A program made the position numbers and the translations under genes. A stretch of 64,000 nucleotides of DNA, from the NCBI GenBank assembly GCA_021613535.1, contig CP075495.1:2852001-2916000 (forward strand). The letters are read 5' to 3'. Of the stretch, positions 1-12,559 are shown piece after piece. The stretch comes from Adineta vaga (lineage: Eukaryota; Animalia; Rotifera). The notes under the pieces are model-generated. The model did not search any database, had not been told where the DNA came from, and saw only the letters and a program-made list of their open reading frames with translations. Position 1 is the stretch's first letter, and each line of letters starts with the position of its first letter.

Positions 1-366
1 AATTCCTATGGAAAATATTAACTGTACGAAGAAAAGAAAATCGAAATCTTTTTTTTGAAAATTTACCTCCAAATAAAACAGAATTCCATTTCGGATCATT
101 CGGTGCTCCGGTTATATCTTGAATAAATTGAACAAATGACATCGTTCGAGCATAGAGTGAATCCTAAATGTATTGAAATTCAAAAACAAAACAAAAAATG
201 TTTTTCTTTTCTTTCATCTTATTGAATATCTTACATGACCAATGCCGATTCCACTACCATAATATGTTAAAATTTTCGGTAATAATGGTAAAATAATGGT
301 AAATTCCAAGAAATCAATGAGAATTGAAATAAACAATATACCAATAATATTCGACATAATTCTCAT
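1..366 (-). CDS. MFSD10: MFS transporter MFSD10/TETRAN-like, 5' part only (continues beyond the left edge)
   Basis: Manual splicing gives MRIMSNIIGILFISILIDFLEFTIILPLLPKILTYYGSGIGIGH / DSLYARTMSFVQFIQDITGAPNDPKWNSVLFG / G-I with GT-AG introns. This matches the remembered MFSD10 N-terminus (LDLLAFTLLLPLLP...NSVLFGG). Confidence 0.8.
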
Positions 367-1002
367 TATGATAATTACTTAACCTTGAATTTCTTGTAGT
401 ACGAGAGATTAATTTGGCATAAGTATTACCAGTCAAGATGTCATTCTATCTAGTAGGAAAAGATTTATATAGAGTTGTCTAAATCCACTCGGGATATTTC
501 TATATTTTCTCTGTTTCTAAGGAAAACGTATCAACGACTAGCATCTGTACATTGTCATCGACATACGGGGTCTTTTATATAACTGTATAAGAAGTGTCTA
601 TGAAGCAAACAGAGATAGAAAAAGACAGATGTATATTGGTTAAAGAACGCAAAAAAAGAAGAAAAAAAAGAAAAGAATGATACAAAGCACAATCATCAAG
701 AGTGATAAGAACACTAATGTACAGAATGTTTGATCAGTAGCAAAACAGACATCATCGACAAATCTATAAACAAAAGAAAATGATGATGTTTATGTCCATG
801 AATAGTTGCTTTGCTTTCATCAGTCATTCATTTGTACATTGATAGTTAAATATTTATGTATATATCGAGAAGAGAACAAAAGAAAAAGAGAATATCGATA
901 TTTATTCATGGATTTTCATTTGTGTATAAAATTATAAAATGAATAAAAAAAATATATTTACGAAAGCAAATGCTATACAGAATGAGAGAAAATTTTGACA
1001 TT

Positions 1003-1419
1003 TTAGATTTGTTCATTTATCGTCGTATTTAATGTATCATTCGTTGTTGTGGCTTGCATCTGTTCCATGAGTAATTGAATTGCTTGTTGTCGAGCATCGA
1101 TATAACGTTGTCGACGAAGTTCTTTATAACGTTCAATACGTTCTTTTTCAAGAACAGGATCAGTTAATGGATTATCCCATCGAAGTGAAGCAAGATTAGC
1201 AGGTGTTAGTTTATTTAAATCAGATGGATTTTCTAAGCAAACTAAGATAGAATAAGAACGCTTTTTTCTTTTGTACAAACCATGAATGATTTGATCATTT
1301 CCATCGAGATTTTTGCCTTTGGATTGTAATTTTCGTTGTCGTCGTTTTTTATTCGTACGTTTCTTTTTTGTTGTCGGTTGTGGCTGAATTATTTCGGTAC
1401 TACTAATATCAATCGGCAT
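1003..1419 (-). CDS. LIAT1: LIAT1-like protein (ligand of arginyltransferase ATE1)
   Basis: Single coding exon from ATG 1419. A basic tract KKKRTNKKRRQRK precedes SLRWDNPLTDPVLEKERIERYKELRRQRY, which resembles the LIAT1 domain (SLRWxGxLxDPEAEKERIRxYKxNRRKRY). Confidence 0.7.
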   Translation of the reverse strand: MPIDISSTEIIQPQPTTKKKRTNKKRRQRKLQSKGKNLDGNDQIIHGLYKRKKRSYSILVCLENPSDLNKLTPANLASLRWDNPLTDPVLEKERIERYKELRRQRYIDARQQAIQLLMEQMQATTTNDTLNTTINEQI

Positions 1420-2116
1420 TCTCAATCTAAATAACTAACCATCTATCTAGAAAAAAAGAAGATTTTTAAATCAAGAAAATCTATGAAATTTTATTTCTTT
1501 ATTTTTAAATAACAAAATCAAATTTGATTCTTTTTATTTTTTTCTTTTCTTCGAACATCGTCAATTTATACTATTGGATGAACCTGAAACACGTAGAAAA
1601 ACAACTTTTTATATTAAAAGAAAATATGTTTTATTTTTCAAATAAGAACCTTAGTTTTAACTGACTGGATATATATATATATAGTCTTTGCAATGAATAG
1701 GAAGATAACATTGATTCTTCATGTAGTTAAATATTCCACGAAAAACAAAACATTTCTATTACGTATGTCATTCTCACTTTTTCTTCGAAAAGTTTTTGAA
1801 TAAGGTTATTACATGAAAGAATAAGAAAAAAAAACGAAAAGAGCATCGAACATGCCAAAAGAAGAAGAAGTAAAAAATCAAAGAATAGTCATGTGTACAA
1901 AACAAAAAAAGAAACCAAACGGCGAGTGACACACCGGGACAGAACCAAAATGAAGAAGAAGAAGAAGAAGAAGATAGAATATCCGACCGATCAAGAGAGA
2001 GAGAGAGCGAGAGAGAGGAAAGTATTGCGCCACCTTGAATAAGAAGAAGAAGACGAGAAAAAAAACAAATCAACAAGTTAGTTGTTTTGCTCTCTATCAT
2101 TCAATTTATATGTCTA

Positions 2117-5100
2117 TTAAATCGATGAAAACATATAAGATGAAACAATAATAATCAGTAAATAGAGAAGACAATTTCTTATGAAACATTTACAATCATT
2201 AGGTACGAAAACAGGTGTTAAGATATTTGTTATACGATGAAGTTCATGACAGCAACAAACAAATATAAATGTTGTTATGATTAAATTTAATGTTGGCATA
2301 CGTGGAATGATCGTTAACGTTCCATGACCATTCGCAACAAGCCATATATGATATTGTGTAACAAATAATTCCAATGATATACTTCCGAACCAAGAAAAAA
2401 ATGGTGAATAATGTTGACGAAGAAATAGAGGAATATTTCGTAAAAGAATATAACTGATAATCTAGATAAACAAAAAATATAGAATAAGAAAATGAAATTT
2501 TTCAAATGAAATTAACTTACAGGTAATATAATAATATAAGGATGAATTTCATCACATATTGCTTTATTTGAACATAAAAATAAAACAATAAAATAAATAA
2601 TTAATCCCAATAAACTCAATAGACAAAAGATTGTTTTAAATTTTGATATTAATTGTTGATATTGTTTACGTTTGATTCCTAAGGTTCTATATGCATCATA
2701 ATTTTCAATAAATAAGATCAAAAATGCAAAACACATGCCATATAAAACGGTATAACGATCAAGATTCCATCGATGATACCAATCATTGATTGTTCCATTA
2801 CGATCATAATATAAATGTGTTGATGAATTCATATTATATCGATGAAGATTAGAATAGAGATATTGTTTATCATTCAATGATATACCATTCATTGAAACTG
2901 GACCAACAATACCTTGTCCACTACCCGATATATAATCTAATAAAGTATTATATTCATTATAATATAATGAACTTTTATCATGAATTAATAACGTATGTAA
3001 TTGATGAAGACCATTGTAGGATAAATCTGATTGATCTAATTGTTGAACATAAGCAGCAAGAGACGATGTGATTGTTGAAGTTGTAAATAGATTATTCCAT
3101 AAACGGAAAGTAAAGATTTTTTCGAATACATATGCTGACATACTTAAGATTGTCACAGAAATACCTACGAAAAGAAAAGAACAATGGTATTTTTTTTTGT
3201 CTTCTTATTCACTAATTCAACAATTCTTCTACATACCCATAAGTAAAAATTTCAATAATAAATATACAAAATGTATTGGTTTTTCTTTAACTGATGCAGC
3301 TGATATACGTGGTGGTATACAAGCTAAGATGACATACATTACAGAAAAATAAAATGATATTAATGGTGGATAATAATAAGATTGATAATGTCTATTCATT
3401 AATAAACATAATGTTATTGTTAAGAAATTATATTTAAATAACATTTGTATAAAAGGTAAGAATTGATAATTTCCTGTTGTCCAATAATAATGAAAATGAC
3501 TGTAGGCTGATAGAAATAAATAAGCACTAATTAATAATTGAATTGACATGGATAGAACGAGACTTTTTCCTGATGCATCGGTCATTTGATAAGCTAAGAG
3601 AATGACCATCATCCAACCACGCATTTCATTAATTTGTTCTTTATTTAAAAAACTATTATTATTGTTATTATTTGTTCCGTTATTTGGCATGGAAATATTT
3701 TCATCATTGGAATCTGAATGGGATTGTATTTGTTCATAATCATTATTATGTACTGGAGAAAAGATTGATGTTGAAGGCGAATTTGGACTTGGTGGTATTG
3801 AATGTTGATTTGGCGATGAACGATTTGATGTAGTTTTTTGAAAATATTTATCATGAAAAAAGATACCTAAGATGCCAATATATGTTAAAGGTAAGAAAAA
3901 CGCAATACGTGAAAAATGAGAATTTTCTTTCATTAAGAAATCTGTACGATCAGCCAAATAGAAATAAAGAAGAATAAATGCATATTTCACACTAAAAAAA
4001 AAGAGAAAAATCAAATGGATATTTTCGTTTTCTTTTTTTCCCTATCGAAAATCTTACCTTGTACGAAGTATGTTTAAATCAGACAGAGGAAAATAGAAAA
4101 GTGAATTTTTCTTTCTATAAAATCTTGATGGATAGGAAGAATTATTATTATGATTTCCATTGGATGATGATGATGATGAAGATTGTGTAGCAATTGATGT
4201 CGTCAATAATAATGGAGGTAATAAATGTTCACGTGATTTTTTACGAAGATTTCGTAGAAATTTTGGAATTAAAAACCGATAACGACTTAAACCGGTCGAT
4301 AATAATGGTGGATTTTGATTTGATGCTGGATTTGAACTATTACTACGTGAATAACTAATAGAACGAATCAATTTTATGAAAAATTTCATTTACAAAATGA
4401 AACTTACTTTGATGAACAATCTCCATTCATTGTTGGTGTTAATAATTGTTGATCAGCTTCTTCACCATCTTCATTAACATCTTTAGTAAATGCTCCATTC
4501 ATATGACAATGACCATTGGGAATGGAATTATTCTCTTGATGTTGAATATGTTGTTCATCATGATGAATTTGTTTGCCATAATTTAAATTAATATGACTCT
4601 TACGTTTTAATATGAATACATATCGAACACGATAAACAATATAAATAATGAAAAATGTTATAGAACATCCGAGAATAAGACTTAGTAAAAATTGTAAACG
4701 TGTTAATGGTGGAACTTGTGCACAACATGTACCATCATCAGGTAATAATAATGGATTACATAAAGCATTCAATAGAATTTGTACACAAGTATGTCGTGTA
4801 AATGATGATAATTTATAAAATTCATAAATTTTCCCACTATTTATTAATGATGTTGATAGAGCTGTATGATTTTTTCTTAATGGCATATAAGAATAATAGA
4901 TAATTTCTGTTTGATTACTTGATGAATCATCGAAATCTAGATATAATAATGATAATAAATTTGGTAAGATTGTTGTTGTTGATGATGATGAAGATGACGA
5001 GGATGAAGATTGCGTTAAATCATTCTGTTCAAGATTATGCGTAGATTCAACATTATTATTATTATCATCATCATAATCTTCTCGATCATATGTAACAAAA

Positions 5101-6880
5101 TATTCATCATTATTATCATCATATAGAAATGCATTTTCATTTGATATTGTAGAATATTCTTCTAATAATGTAGATGAATGCCAATAGATATTTGTATGAT
5201 AGAAAACATGTTTAGCGATCGAATTCATTCGATCGATATAGGAATTTAATTTCGGTATGAATTCATTGATATATTCAATCTGTTGTTGCTGTAAGGAATT
5301 ATGTGAAAATTGAAATAAATGTTCATTTAAAGCTAAATGTGGTTGTCCAAACCAGAAGATTGTTGTGGTTAAACTTATATTTGTTAATAAATTTTGTTTA
5401 ATACGTGTTAAATTGCCTTCAAAATATTTCATTGTATCTAAACTTGCATTCTCACGTAGACCATCATATAAACCAAGACCAATAATTAATACATGTGGTC
5501 GTATTGATGTATTAGTCGTCCAGGAATATAATAGATTATATAAATAATCATTAAATGTTTGAACGGAATAATATTGAAGAATAAAATTTTCATTTGTATA
5601 TGTTAAATTTTTCTCATGTTTATAAACAAATGGATATTGTTTATGTTGTTGTTTATGATCTTTTTCTTTATTGATTGTTGATGGTTTCTTTCGTGAAAGA
5701 TTTGAATGATATTTGATTGTATTAATAAATGTTCGATAGATCATATAGAGACGTTCATCACCGATAAATGTATAGGAAAAATCAATTTTAGTTTTATCTT
5801 GTTTTTCTTGTTTTAAACGTTGTTGTTCTTGTTTACGTGTACGTAACCATTCACCTGGATCAATACGATTATTAAATGCTTTTCGCGTCGCTAGAAGACT
5901 TTTGTCAACTGTTGACGATGATTGAGTAATTAAACGTGTACATTGATTATAATCGAGAAGATCATACCAATGTATCATACAACCTGTCGGTTGCCAAACA
6001 TGATAACGTTCAATACGACCTTCGTTTAATAATCGATGGCATGATGTAGCACCTTTGATATAACGTAATGATCCATGATAGAAAAGTAAAGCAAAGAAAA
6101 GTAATAATGCAATTAATTTAGCATTATGAATATTGAAATGATTGAGAATTGTTGAAGAATTTGATGATGAAAATGATGAATGATTATTTGAATGGGATAG
6201 AGAAGATGGTAAAGAATTTGGTGGTACAGTCGTTATCGTTGTTGTTCCTGGTGGTATGGATGCTATTGATGCAGTTGATGAACAATTCGGTGGTATTGGA
6301 TGTTTTAATGAAACTGAAGTAAATGTTGATGGATTGACATCGGAATCTATGAAAATCAAGAAGATGATATTTAAATTTTTCTTGTTTTGTTTTGTCTTTA
6401 TTGACAATTAGATTGAAAAATTTGTTGTTATTTCATAAAATATTTACTTTCGTTTAGTAATATTTTCTTTTTTCTTTCAAACTAGTTTTTAGTGTGTTTT
6501 ATTTTTGAAGTCTTAGAAGGAAAAAAACTTACGTCGTAAATTTTCTTGTGACGCCGAATAATTATGTTGATGATAATGATTACTATTTAGATTTGTAAAT
6601 GTTGATTGATCTGAAGGTAGGAAGATGTATGTCGATGGGATGAACGTGCTGGTAGAAATCTTGAATGAGTATTATCATTGGTAGAATTTTCTTTTCGATT
6701 GGATCGAGATGGTGGAAAGATTTGGGCAGCAAGGGTATTCGATGTTGTATCATATGAATGATGTCGAACATGATGTGGCGATGATAGACGATTGTTAACT
6801 GCATATGGTGCACTTTTTTGATTGGGATTATCACTAGATATGTTAGTATTGTTGGTTGGATTTGTAGATTTTGAACTCAT
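2117..6880 (-). CDS. CASD1: CASD1-like protein (SGNH-like luminal domain plus Cas1p-type multi-TM acyltransferase domain) with degenerate catalytic motifs
   Basis: Multi-exon gene joining ORFs 4404-6407, 4054-4389, 3229-4014, 2512-3156 and 2117-2374. Motifs SCHRLLNEG..VWQPTGCMIHWY, LNALCNPLLLPDDGTCC, EWxGWM-like EMRGWM, YHRWNLDRY and WFGSISLELFVTQYHIWL. The 5' exon (~6532-6880) has a frame inconsistency, so the start is uncertain. Confidence 0.88.
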
Positions 6881-9375
6881 ATTCCATCTGAAATTTTTAA
6901 AATACATAGTATGTATTTTGAAATCAACAAAAGAATAATGATTAATTTCAACATGACTGTTTTTATCTCTCTCTCTCTCTCTCTCTTTCTCGGTTTGATC
7001 GCAAAACAGATCGCTCACCGTGCAAGTAATTTGCTATTTAGATCAGGATCGCCGCTAATCAGATGTTGTCTTTCATTCCACATTATTTTCTTCTATTAGA
7101 GATAAATACACAGAACGATATTTCGTTTGTTTCTGTTGCTATTATAACAACTGATGTATTCGGTAAGTGTACTATGTCATACTTTTCTGAAGCAAACAAT
7201 CAAATTGCGTCGCCTTCAATAACGTCGTCAAAATTCGATTGTATTCTACATCATCACCATCACCACCATTTTTCAATCGGAATCAAAAAGAATAAAGGAA
7301 ACGAAGGTAAGAGAGAGACAGAGACAGAGAGAAAGCGCAAAGAACGAACTATGCAAACGACGATAAAATCTCTATTTTAATATAATTTTCTATGTGTATT
7401 TGTATGTACGTATAGTGGGCAATACGTGCAAATAGACATAGTATCATTACATTTAGGCAGATATGAAAACTTAAAGAGTACAATACATCAATAATGATTA
7501 TCATTCAGAGAAAGTATATCAACATCATCATTTTTTCTTCTTCTTCTTCGTTTTTTGTCTTATTATTTCTACCAAACAGTGTGTTGTTAAAAAGAATAAC
7601 ATGACGCAATGGAAAATGAAAGTGGCAAAGAATAACAAAAAAAATCCGTCGAACGTTGCAGTAGTAGTGAGAAAGCAAAAAAAATCTCGATAGTCAACAC
7701 AGAAGCAGGATCTGACAACGTTTGTTACTAATAAAGCCAGAGAATTTCAATGTCACTCACTCTTCCGTTCTTGTCATCGTCGAGCTTGGCCTTGTTCTCC
7801 ATGTTGTTTTTCTTTTTTTCTTCTCTCTCTGTTCTATTCTTTTTTAACACGCTAGACAACCATAACTAGGGAATCGATCAACGTCGGAACTCCTCTATAA
7901 CAACTATTTCCTGTACGAGACTAGCGTATTGATGGACACGAAAAAAGAAAAACATACAAACTATTATTTAATATTTTGATTTTTACTTGTCAAAGAGATA
8001 TTGACAACAAGAAACTCGAATGAAGCATTCTCTTTTTCTTTTATAAATATAATATTAGTAATATATACAAACATTCGTCATAAATTGTTAAAAAAGAACA
8101 AATATATCACACTTTACTTGACAAAGGTTATCATTGGAAGAGGATCATACTTGAAGAAAATGAAGTTCTTTCTTTTTTCTTCTTCTTCTTCTTTGCTTAT
8201 TCAAAAAATATCTCGTAGTGTAGTATGAAATCTTTACTCAAGGTCATTACCTTTTGTCTGTATGTTTTATATCCACTCTTACATTCTTATCTAAATAATT
8301 GTAAAAAAAAGAATTCTTCTTTGTCGAATTAATTAAAATTCTATCCTAAAAAAATATTATTCTTTTTATCTGTTAAAATTGATCTCATATGAAATAAGAA
8401 TGTTATTAACTATAATCATAACGCCGACGATAGGAAGAGAACATGTAACAACTTCAAAGACATCAGTGATAAGTGATAAAAGGGCAGGGATTCTTTATTT
8501 CTTTTTGAATGAAAACCTACGTAATATAACAAACTGATTAATCAAAGACACAATTCTTATGAGTATAGATAGCTGATAAAAGTCCTTATTAATCTATCTA
8601 GTCAGAATGCATTGCTGGCTTTTACAATTATATTATAATTTCAAAAAGGATCTTTTTAAAGTGTACTTCATATTTCCGTTACTTTATTACATATTTACAC
8701 GCGACTATCTTCATCATGTTTCGTTGTATTCTAAAATAGAATATATGTAACATAAAGAAAACTTTTCATTCGACTAACATTTCATCGACGTTTTGTATAT
8801 TGTAAAAATACGATAATTTCTTTTACTGCTCAGAATTATTAATATTAATAAAGGATGGAAGAAAAAATGACAGCACTCTGTCTGGAAATTCTTCATTTTA
8901 TCTCAAACTAATACTTCACTTTTTCGGATGTCAATAGGAATTGGAGTTTTTTTTTACTCTAAATAAATGTAAAATTATACTCACTCCATGATAGTCATGT
9001 CGATGTCATTAAATCTATCCGTTTACCAAATGAAAAAGAAGCATATCGTTTTTTCTTTAACGAAAAACAAATCATTGTTTTTCTGTTCTTAAAAGGATAT
9101 TTCATTTTATCTAAAAATAAAAACAAAAAGAGAAAAAAACTATCATAATCCCATCATAATTTCCAAATAAATAAAGTATTAGCAGTCAAATAAAAGCCAA
9201 CTGTATACAATAGTCATTTGTTACATTAGAAACAAGCGAACAAAAGAAAAACAAAACCGAGGAAGTTTTAATTACAAAATAGAATTCACGTATATTCATA
9301 GACTTGACTAGACGTGATCTATAGGAGAAAAAAACGGACACTATATATATACAAAAAAAGAAGGATTTGCTCTTT

Positions 9376-10558
<1,183 letters not shown>

Positions 10559-10971
10559 TTATGATATTTTTGTGAAGAATGAAAATGAAATGATCTAGAA
10601 GCGATTATCTTGTACTATTTTATGAATTATTGTAACAATATTTTTAACTCAATGTTCTTTAGCTTAAACATTGAGATAGACAGAGAAGTTTTTTTTGTCT
10701 TAAATTATGAAAAAACAAGTACAACACATATACACAAAGAACATCCATAAAATACCATATTTGTTATTATAAGAAAAATCGTCTTTTTTCCATTAATTAT
10801 CATCAGAAATTGATTTGATTATTAACAATCTTTCGAAGATAAATAGTTTATTTATATCTTATTGTAATCAACGATAGATGTCGATAGTAACGTATGAATC
10901 ATCGTGTCGACATGGTGATCTAAATTTATATTTATTCATCCTCTTACTTATTCAATTCATTTCAGTTTCCG

Positions 10972-11985
10972 ATGAAAACTTCCGAAGCAAATTCACCGGT
11001 TCGACGTACAATTCTTCATTATTTAGTTAATATTGCTATCATAGTTATTTTTCTTCTCATCATCTTCAATTATCTTCCAAGAGTTGGTTAGAAAAAACAA
11101 CAAATGTGATTCATGAAAAGGATTAGTATCGTTTTTCTATTGACTATGTTGTTTTTCAAGTAAAGGTTAAATAAAAAGAATCGTGTATAAAAAGTAAATG
11201 AACCAATTTTCTTCATTACATTGGTAGACTCATAAGCACTATAATTTTCAATGTTTTAGACAAAAATGTCATCATCAGATATCCCTTCTCTATGGCTTAC
11301 TCCAGAGAAATGTCCTAACCAATGGATATTTCGATGTCTTACGAGTTTAGATAATCTCGTTGAAACAAATCTAGCTGCGCATTATTTTCGACAACTTGTC
11401 ACAATCCTTGAAGATGATTATCATATACTTAATTATCATCTTGAAATTGGTCATAATTTAACAAAAAATAATCAGTTCGATGTATGCATCTTCTTCAATG
11501 ATCCTAGGCGTTCAAACAATCCATCAACTACACGGGTTTGTATTTCATGTGAACCAACACATGAATTATGTTCAGCAAGTTTTTTATCTGAGCAACGGCA
11601 TACTCGAGCATGGTTGGATGCTCGTGCTCGAGAAAAACTTATTTTAACGCCTATTCGACACGTTGAACGTTTATCTGAATTAATCGATGAAAATGAAGAA
11701 ATGGAAGCATTTTGGCGTGATGCTGTTGAATTAATTCATAGAGAATGTGATCAACTTAATGGATTCTATCCAAAACTGACTCTTAATCATGGAACATATC
11801 GAAATCATGCACATTTACACTTGAAAATGACTTTTAATGATCAGATTTGGCATGATACTATCGCTCCTCGGCATGCTGAACAACTTCAACAGATGAAACA
11901 AATTTTAAAAAATCCAAACATTATGGAAGATTGTTTTGGACATCAGAAAGATAAAAAGAAAAAGGAGGATTCTACAGAAACATAA
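10972..11985 (+). CDS. HIT (histidine triad)-family protein, possibly with an N-terminal membrane anchor
   Basis: ORF 11266-11985 contains CISC, ILTPIRHVERLSEL and NHGTYRNHAHLHLK (HxHxH triad). A putative exon 10972-11082 (MKTSEANSPVRRTILHYLVNIAIIVIFLLIIFNYLPR) can splice in phase 0 (GTTGGT..TTTTAG) to 11260. Confidence 0.72.
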
Positions 11986-12298
11986 TACAGTTATTTTAAT
12001 ACAAGTAACGCTCATCCGTAGGGTTCGCTGACCCCTCTCTGAAAGAACTATAATGATGGTTAATGGATCTATATTCTTTAAAAAACTCTCTTAAAGAGAA
12101 GAAACACTGGTCTAAATTTCTTTTCTTGATTTCATGTTTTGATTTTGTTCAGCATCATTGAAAACCTTGGGATCCAAATTTTAGCGCATCTGGTTGAACG
12201 AATAAAGAATACATCAATTTTATTGACAACCACTCCCGAAACTATTTTGAGATTTGTCAAAAAATATGCCCAGAAATCGAGATTTATTTAGACTCTAA

Positions 12299-12535
12299 CC
12301 CAGGTCGACCAATCGGATACTCGAATCCGATCGGATCCAACATAGGATACTATAGTTTCCAAAAAACGGATTTCGACGGATCCGACAGGTGGCCATAAGG
12401 CCACAATAAAATATAGCTAAAAAGAACGCTCATAAAATTCGCAGCTTCCGACGGAAATTCTACTGACGGAATCCAGTAGGATTTTGTCGGAACGTTGGAT
12501 CCTATCGGATCCAATATCGGATTTGTCGACCTGGG
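12299..12535. mobile_element. 237-bp MITE with CCCAGG termini (CMC/EnSpm-like)
   Basis: Left end CCCAGGTCGACCAATCGGATA and right end TATCGGATTTGTCGACCTGGG are inverted repeats. AA flanks both sides (candidate 2-bp TSD), and GGATCC/TCGGAT motifs recur internally. Confidence 0.85.
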
Positions 12536-12559
12536 AAGAGCTTTATGAAATTATTCGTT

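Noticed and set aside
8400-9060. Decayed coding remnant on the plus strand
   Set aside because: Short protein-like fragments but no recognisable family or consistent frame.
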